Shown: in pieces, positions 34,466 to 39,817 of the stretch
Position numbering within the stretch: the first letter of the stretch is position 1
How the letters are laid out: each line of letters starts with the position of its first letter
DNA from: Bdellovibrionota bacterium
GTDB taxonomy: Bacteria; Bdellovibrionota; UBA1018; UBA923
Length of the DNA: 39,817 nucleotides
Assembly (NCBI GenBank): GCA_040754655.1
Contig: JBFMCE010000029.1
Coordinates: forward strand, 1-39,817
Direction: 5' to 3'
Made by a program: the position numbers and the translations under genes
The notes under the pieces: model-generated
What the model was told of the DNA's origin: nothing
The model's input: only the letters and a program-made list of their open reading frames with translations
Database searches by the model: none

Positions 34466-35623
34466 TCAAGGCGTCGGTGATTCGGCAGCCGTAGCGGTTT
34501 TTGTAAAGATGTTTTTAATCATCTCGCTTGCTTGCTGTAGCTCTTTGGCTTCTGTAGCCAAGTGTTCAAGGCGTCGTTCTTGAGATCGCGCAAGTGCCGA
34601 GTGAATAAGGGGCTTGAGCGTTTCACGTATATTTGGGGTCTGCGCCCAGGAAATCAAGAAAGCTTCACCGTGAGGGAGTAAGGTAATCTCGTTTAGATAG
34701 TCCTTTGTCCTGCCGATCCAGCGCCTCATCTCTAGATCTGGCAGGGACCCCTTTGCAGGTAAGGCGGTTTCGACCATCAGTTTGTAAGTGCGGAAAGTCC
34801 ACTCCAACGCCGGAAGCTTATTGAACCAAGAGATGTTTTTTTCGATGATCATCGCGCGATCATACCGCTCATTAAAGTCGGGGCCACTGCTCTTGTCAGC
34901 GACTTCTTTAGCGTAAAGCGAATAGAGCGCCTTTGCCGTCTTTTCGTTCCCTCGTTTTGAACCGTCTTTTTTTAAGACCTGCAAGGCAGCCGCAAGAATG
35001 GCGGGGTGTGAGTTTTTCTCTATTGCTGTGATGGCCCACTTGACTCGAGTAAGTTCATAGTGACCGGGGATCGAAAAGTATTCACGCACGGTTTGTAGTT
35101 CGGAAGGCACTGAGCGAAAGATGTTCTCAAACCCGAAATCAATCCCGTCGGGTTGATAGTAATGTGTGAACTCTTCCTTTTCTCCTAATAATTGAGCAGC
35201 ACTTCTGGTCAATGGAGCCCAGTCTGCACTGCCATAATAACTCTCATGGAACTTCTTGTTTATTTGAGTGAGGCCCAGAAGGTCGTCGGGACGAGCAGAC
35301 GAAGGAAAATGACAGGTCGTTGGGGCGAATACGAGTACGCCGTTTTTGAAATGGTCTTCGGCGTTAACGGGAAAAAGGATCTGTTTGAAGTAGACCCTTT
35401 GAATGGGGTAGCCGTCATCGCTCTTCGCATTCACCACCTTGTCCACCACACCGATAACGGCCGATGGCGCCTCTGGAGAGTAGTTGTTCCAAGTGAGTTG
35501 CGAAAAAACAGTTGGCGTAAGGCTCTCGCAGGCCCAAGACATGGGCAAAAATGAAAGAGAGATTGCGATAGAGCTTAAAAAGAACGCGACCAACCTGCTC
35601 GAGACGGGTCTTAAAAAAGCCAT
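34466..35623 (-). CDS. Hypothetical exported protein with a helical C-terminal half
   Basis: 385-aa ORF with RBS AGAGG and a signal peptide ending SWA|C. No family recognised. Confidence 0.65.
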   Translation of the reverse strand: MAFLRPVSSRLVAFFLSSIAISLSFLPMSWACESLTPTVFSQLTWNNYSPEAPSAVIGVVDKVVNAKSDDGYPIQRVYFKQILFPVNAEDHFKNGVLVFAPTTCHFPSSARPDDLLGLTQINKKFHESYYGSADWAPLTRSAAQLLGEKEEFTHYYQPDGIDFGFENIFRSVPSELQTVREYFSIPGHYELTRVKWAITAIEKNSHPAILAAALQVLKKDGSKRGNEKTAKALYSLYAKEVADKSSGPDFNERYDRAMIIEKNISWFNKLPALEWTFRTYKLMVETALPAKGSLPDLEMRRWIGRTKDYLNEITLLPHGEAFLISWAQTPNIRETLKPLIHSALARSQERRLEHLATEAKELQQASEMIKNIFTKTATAAESPTP

Positions 35624-35770
35624 GAATACCTCTATAAATCGGCGATAGTATGAGAGCTGCCGGGCTACCTAACATGCGTGATGATGAGAATCAATCTTTT
35701 GGAACGAGGCTCTTAAAGGGATATCGGCAATAAATATAAGTTGTTTTTAAGACTCAGAATTAGGGTCACG

Positions 35771-36424
35771 CTAAACTTTGCTCCAACCCGAGGCTAGCTG
35801 AGGGGCCTCTAAAAAACCCGCAAGATCGCTCACCGAAAGCAAAAACTCAGTCGAACTTGTTTTTGCATCGATCACCGGATCAACTTTTCTTGCGATCAAA
35901 ATTGCGCTGTGATCGCGAAGTTCTTCTTGAAGGCGTGCTTCATGGGCGTTCAAGCTGTTTAGCAAAGTTTGCCCTTTGCGCTCATAGAACGAAAATCCGT
36001 GTCTCTCACAGCTGCGAGCTCTAGCACGTGACATCGCTTCCCAAGAATAACTTAAAGAGCAGACCTTTGGCGTTGTATTTGGGTTTAGTTGGGCTGATTG
36101 CATAGCTTTTTTCAAAAAATTCTCAACAAGCTCAATGTCATTCAAGTCTTGAGCCAGGGTATGTAGTTTTTGGTTGGTTATCTGGTCAAGCTCAACTTCG
36201 TCGTAAGCAAGTCTTCGTAAAAGGGCATCAATATTCAAGATGGTATTGAGCGTCTTTACGACACCACCGTCAGTGCTGAGATGGGCCGATCCCTTGAGAT
36301 CGTGAGCGAGAGAGAAAAGCTCTTGATAAAGCGCTATGGGGCTACCAGCCAGTTTGGGCCATCTGGTCTTGTACTTTTGGCTTGATTCCGAGAGGCGGTT
36401 TTTTAAAAGCTCAATTGTTAGCAT
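35771..36424 (-). CDS. Hpt (histidine phosphotransfer) domain-containing protein
   Basis: LFSLAHDLKGSA matches the Hpt/CheA-P1 motif F(R)xxHxLKGxA. Confidence 0.6.
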   Translation of the reverse strand: MLTIELLKNRLSESSQKYKTRWPKLAGSPIALYQELFSLAHDLKGSAHLSTDGGVVKTLNTILNIDALLRRLAYDEVELDQITNQKLHTLAQDLNDIELVENFLKKAMQSAQLNPNTTPKVCSLSYSWEAMSRARARSCERHGFSFYERKGQTLLNSLNAHEARLQEELRDHSAILIARKVDPVIDAKTSSTEFLLSVSDLAGFLEAPQLASGWSKV

Positions 36425-36845
36425 CAGAGCGGCGATTCGGGCGCAAGATCTTGCCAGGGATATTGGGGATCGTGATCTTCATGACCCGTCCGCCAGCGCG
36501 AAAATCAGAACTAGAGGGGTTCGTTTTTGCAGCTGCATTCGGCTTGATCAAAATCGAGCGCGAGTCACGCTTGTTGTATTCGTCCATCATTTGTTTGAGG
36601 GTGGGTTTGCTGCTAAAAACCCTTGCTTCTGGTTTTGCCAGGGCCGCCGTTTGCGAGGCCGAAAGGGCTGCTGCTTTGGCTTCAAGCACTGCGTGGGCTG
36701 CGAGTTTAGAGCCATCGACTTGTTTTTGAGTGATCTGGTCGCAAGCCGCAAATAGAAGTTCCGAGTGGCGCAGGCTAGAGAGTCTTTCCTGATTGTCGTC
36801 GAGCAGATCAAGCGGCAGAGCTCTAGCGTCTAAAAAGTTTTTCAT
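36411..36845 (-). CDS. Hypothetical protein
   Basis: 144-aa ORF with an ATGA overlap upstream, RBS GAGGTGGAG, and a 14-nt overlap with the downstream gene. Confidence 0.55.
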   Translation of the reverse strand: MKNFLDARALPLDLLDDNQERLSSLRHSELLFAACDQITQKQVDGSKLAAHAVLEAKAAALSASQTAALAKPEARVFSSKPTLKQMMDEYNKRDSRSILIKPNAAAKTNPSSSDFRAGGRVMKITIPNIPGKILRPNRRSDANN

Positions 36846-37324
36846 TGGATGAACTCCACCTCGATGTTTTTCAGTGTTTTCTTGATCTCATCTTCAGGCC
36901 AGAAAGAGAAACTTGAGCGGCTGATGGCGACTTCCTTGAATCCAAGGCTCGTGATGCTTTGAGAAAGTGCGGTGAGAAGCTTTTTTGAATCCAGTTCTTC
37001 GACTGTTTTTGATGACCCAAGCCCCACCAGCAAAAGATGGCGAACCGAGCCATATCGCCTGATTGGCACATAGATCAACTCACCCTGGCTTCCAGCAATT
37101 CTGCCGCTAATGAGGAACTTCGATAAAAACCCGCGCAACCGCCAGTCTAGTCCACCTGCCACCCCACGAAGCGGGCGTTGGTCTTCGAAAAGCGAGCAGA
37201 CTAGCAGGCGAGAGGCGGCAGAGGGGTCTGCATGCAAATCTTCGCTTTGGGGGCCTAGCAAGATTTCTTCAGCATTCGCGAGTTTCGGAGAGCCTGAGGT
37301 ATTGACCTGATCGGTCGTCGTCAT
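36842..37324 (-). CDS. Stand-alone leucyl aminopeptidase (M17) N-terminal-domain-like protein
   Basis: FEDQRPLRGVAGGLDWRLRG..S...G...G..GE and LLLVGLG. No catalytic domain. Confidence 0.7.
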   Translation of the reverse strand: MTTTDQVNTSGSPKLANAEEILLGPQSEDLHADPSAASRLLVCSLFEDQRPLRGVAGGLDWRLRGFLSKFLISGRIAGSQGELIYVPIRRYGSVRHLLLVGLGSSKTVEELDSKKLLTALSQSITSLGFKEVAISRSSFSFWPEDEIKKTLKNIEVEFIQ

Positions 37325-37333
37325 AGGTCTATT

Positions 37334-37753
37334 TTAGGAAGGCTTTGTGAGCTTGTCCAGGATGCCGTTCACAAAGGAGGCGGAGTCTTCCGCCCCAAAG
37401 CGTTTGGCTACCTCGATGGCCTCATTGATCGAGACGGTCTTGGGGATGTCGGCGCAGAACAAGATCTCGTAGGCCGCTAGCCTCAAGATCGCCAGGTCTA
37501 CGCGCGGCATGCGCTCAATGCGCCAGTTGGTCGAGAGCTGAACGATGCTGGAATCCAAGTGAGGTACGTTTTTGCCTACGCCGTCGACGAGTCCCCAGGC
37601 AAAATCGTCCCCGACTTGATCAAAGTTCGAGCAAAATCTTTCGAATTCAGAGCGCGAGAAGTCGATCTGTCTGCCAGCGCCACCTTCAGGAAGGTACCCG
37701 TACAAGAACTGAAATGCGATTTCTCTAGCCTGTCGCCTCGATAGCGAATTCAT
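37334..37753 (-). CDS. nusB: Transcription antitermination factor NusB
   Basis: SRRQAREIAFQFLY, NWRIERM..VDLAILRL, SINEAIEVAKRFG and FVNGILD. Confidence 0.95.
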   Translation of the reverse strand: MNSLSRRQAREIAFQFLYGYLPEGGAGRQIDFSRSEFERFCSNFDQVGDDFAWGLVDGVGKNVPHLDSSIVQLSTNWRIERMPRVDLAILRLAAYEILFCADIPKTVSINEAIEVAKRFGAEDSASFVNGILDKLTKPS

Positions 37754-38277
37754 TGTTTTTGACCACTTTCTTCAAAGTCTGCGCCGGAGGCGAATTCAAA
37801 TGCGAGCTCATCCCGGTCGGACCTCGAATGCTGCGGCCACTCTTTGAGATCCGAGACGAATTCTTCGACATCTTGAAATTCGCGGTACACGCTTGCGAAC
37901 CTTACATAGGCTACCTTATCAAGCTGGTGCAGCGCTACCATAACCAAGTGGCCCATCGTACGCGAGGGAATTTCTTTCACGCTAAACCCCGCGACCTGGC
38001 GCTCGATATTAGAGACGATCTTTTCAATCTGCTCGGTCGTGATCGGTCTTTTTTGGCAAGCCTTCTGAACACCTGAAAAGATCTTGCCGCGCTCGAAGTT
38101 CTCTCGCCTGCCGTCTTTCTTGATCACCATGGGCATGACGGCTTCGACGCGCTCATAGGTCGTAAAACGGCCCTCGCACTTGAGGCATTCTCGCCTGCGG
38201 CGGGTGATGTCACCTGTTTGGTTGATGCGAGAGTCGATCACTTTGTTATCGAGCTCATTACAGTAAGGGCACTTCAA
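37750..38277 (-). CDS. nrdR: Transcriptional repressor NrdR
   Basis: CPYC...RRRRECLKC.GRFTTYE, ATP-cone VIKKDGRRE and VAYVRFASVY. TTG start. Confidence 0.96.
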   Translation of the reverse strand: MKCPYCNELDNKVIDSRINQTGDITRRRRECLKCEGRFTTYERVEAVMPMVIKKDGRRENFERGKIFSGVQKACQKRPITTEQIEKIVSNIERQVAGFSVKEIPSRTMGHLVMVALHQLDKVAYVRFASVYREFQDVEEFVSDLKEWPQHSRSDRDELAFEFASGADFEESGQKQ

Positions 38278-38298
38278 ATTTAGGCTACCTCGGTAAAC

Positions 38299-39582
38299 TC
38301 ACGCTCTGTAGAGCGGAAAACGACCGCACAATTCACGGACTTGATTCGAGATCGCATCCAGTTTTTGTTCATTAGAGGAATGGGTCAGGGCTTCATCGAT
38401 CCAAGTCGCGATCAACGCCATTTCTTCTTTGCCCATCCCACGGGTTGTGAGCGCAGGTACTCCGATTCGAATCCCACTTGCCACGAAGGGGCTCTTGGTC
38501 TCAAAGGGTACCGTGTTTTTATTCACTGTGATGCCGGCACGATCCAAGACATGCTCGGCGTCTTTTCCAGTGATGCTCTTATTAGAAAGGTCCACCAGCA
38601 TCAGATGATTGTCTGTGCCGCCCGAGACAAGATCATAGCCTTTTGCGACCAGGTGTTGGGCAAGGAATGTCGCGTTTTCAATCACTCTTCCGCAGTACGT
38701 TTTAAAGGAAGGCCTAAGCGCCTCGCCAAAGGCAACAGCCTTGGCTGCGATCACATGCATCAGGGGGCCGCCTTGGATGCCTGGGAAAATTTGGCTGTTG
38801 ATGACCTTAAGGTCTTCATTTTTGCAAAGAATGAGGCCGCCGCGCGGACCACGCAAGGTCTTGTGCGTCGTTGAAGTCACGAAATGAGCATGAGGGATGG
38901 GACTAGGATGGTGGCCCGTGGCCACAAGACCCGCGATGTGAGCCATATCCACTACAAGCTTTGCGCCAACCTCATCGGCGATCTCGCGAAACTTTTGAAA
39001 ATCCAAAATACGAGAATACGCGCTTGCTCCGGCGATGATCGCCTGTGGGCGCTCGCGCTTGGCCAAGTCTCGAACCTCATCATAGTCAATTCTTCCGGTT
39101 TGCTTTTGCACGCCGTAGAAAACCGTTTGAAAAAGCCTGCCGGAAAAATTCACTGGGCTTCCGTGAGTGAGGTGTCCTCCGTGAGAAAGGTTCATCCCCA
39201 AAATCTTGTCGCCTGGTTTCAGGAAAGCCAGGTAAGTCGCCATGTTTGCTTGAGAGCCGCTGTGGGGCTGCACGTTGGCAGCCTCTGCTTGGAAAAGCTG
39301 GGTCACGCGTTTGATCGCCAACGACTCGACTTCATCGACGAACTCACAACCTCCATAATAGCGTTTTCCAGGATAACCTTCGGCGTACTTGTTGGTCAGC
39401 AAACTGCCCTGGGCTTCAAGCACTGCGTTTGAGACGTAGTTCTCAGAGGCAATCATCTCAAGGCGATAGTGTTGTCTGTCCGCTTCTTTCCGAATGGAGC
39501 GCAGCAGGTCCGCATCGTGAGTTTGAAGGTGCTTGAACTCCGTGGTTTCTCGAATCGAATTTTCAGCGTTTTGAAGAGCCAT
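38299..39582 (-). CDS. glyA: Serine hydroxymethyltransferase
   Basis: [30 protein letters not shown] and the PLP-lysine motif [15 protein letters not shown] 39582 follows GGGAG. Confidence 0.98.
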   Translation of the reverse strand: MALQNAENSIRETTEFKHLQTHDADLLRSIRKEADRQHYRLEMIASENYVSNAVLEAQGSLLTNKYAEGYPGKRYYGGCEFVDEVESLAIKRVTQLFQAEAANVQPHSGSQANMATYLAFLKPGDKILGMNLSHGGHLTHGSPVNFSGRLFQTVFYGVQKQTGRIDYDEVRDLAKRERPQAIIAGASAYSRILDFQKFREIADEVGAKLVVDMAHIAGLVATGHHPSPIPHAHFVTSTTHKTLRGPRGGLILCKNEDLKVINSQIFPGIQGGPLMHVIAAKAVAFGEALRPSFKTYCGRVIENATFLAQHLVAKGYDLVSGGTDNHLMLVDLSNKSITGKDAEHVLDRAGITVNKNTVPFETKSPFVASGIRIGVPALTTRGMGKEEMALIATWIDEALTHSSNEQKLDAISNQVRELCGRFPLYRA

Positions 39583-39817
39583 CGCTCTTTTTCTCCCGGT
39601 CTGTGATCTTGCGTATGCGATCGCTGTGGCGCCCCCCCTCAAAAGGAGACTCAAGCCAAGCCTGCAAGATTTTTTTAGCATATTCCGGCGTGAGAAGGCG
39701 AGCGCCAAGACAAAGTATGTTCGCGTCGTTGTGCGCGCGTGAGAGCTTGGCACTCTGCTCAGACTCAACGACGGCGGCGCGTATGCCTATGACCTTGTTG
39801 GCGGCAATGCACATTCC
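39563..39817 (-). CDS. rpiB: Ribose-5-phosphate isomerase B; 5'-partial
   Basis: [25 protein letters not shown] and FEGGRH..R. 20-nt overlap with glyA. Confidence 0.93.
   Translation of the reverse strand, partial: GMCIAANKVIGIRAAVVESEQSAKLSRAHNDANILCLGARLLTPEYAKKILQAWLESPFEGGRHSDRIRKITDREKKSDGSSKR

Noticed and set aside
35650..35670. TATGAGAGCTGCCGGGCTACC, resembling the 3' end of a c-di-GMP-I riboswitch
   Set aside because: The 5' half is missing and the orientation is opposite to the adjacent gene.
38341..39432. Two plus-strand ORFs of 177 and 182 aa
   Set aside because: Antisense shadows of glyA.
39583..39768. N-terminal extension of the glyA ORF
   Set aside because: It overlaps rpiB in another frame. 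The ATG at 39582 has an RBS and gives a normal length.
1..39817. tRNA, rRNA, CRISPR arrays, IS elements, integrases, prophage or defence genes
   Set aside because: I found no cloverleaf, repeat-spacer array, transposase, integrase or phage motif by inspection.

Overview
A gene-dense chromosomal window of roughly 50% GC, probably from a Bdellovibrionota/Oligoflexia-like deltaproteobacterium. That placement is an inference from gene content: an AglRQS-like motor, TamAB, a FecR-Fn3 protein, many orphan beta-barrels, and sigma54- and FliA-like promoters. Housekeeping genes are purB, the fadI/fadJ-type beta-oxidation pair, a lolC/E-type permease, prmA, trxA, gmhA, polA, nusB, nrdR, glyA and partial rpiB. 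These are interleaved with envelope genes: a Flp pilin, several outer-membrane barrels, a HAMP-PP2C phosphatase with a divergent FecR/Fn3 protein, two ExbB/ExbD-type motor operons, an exported phospholipase D and a CPBP protease. I saw no tRNA, rRNA, CRISPR array or mobile element. The most interesting unexplained signal is in the 2665-3174 intergenic region. It holds a candidate ~115-nt minus-strand sRNA (sigma70-like promoter, perfect 16-bp stem, 34-nt C-rich loop, U-rich tail) whose loop complements the G-run ribosome-binding sites of several envelope genes in this window. It sits back-to-back with a complete sigma54 enhancer/IHF/-24-12 promoter driving an outer-membrane protein. All protein-family calls come from motif recognition by eye, not from database searches.
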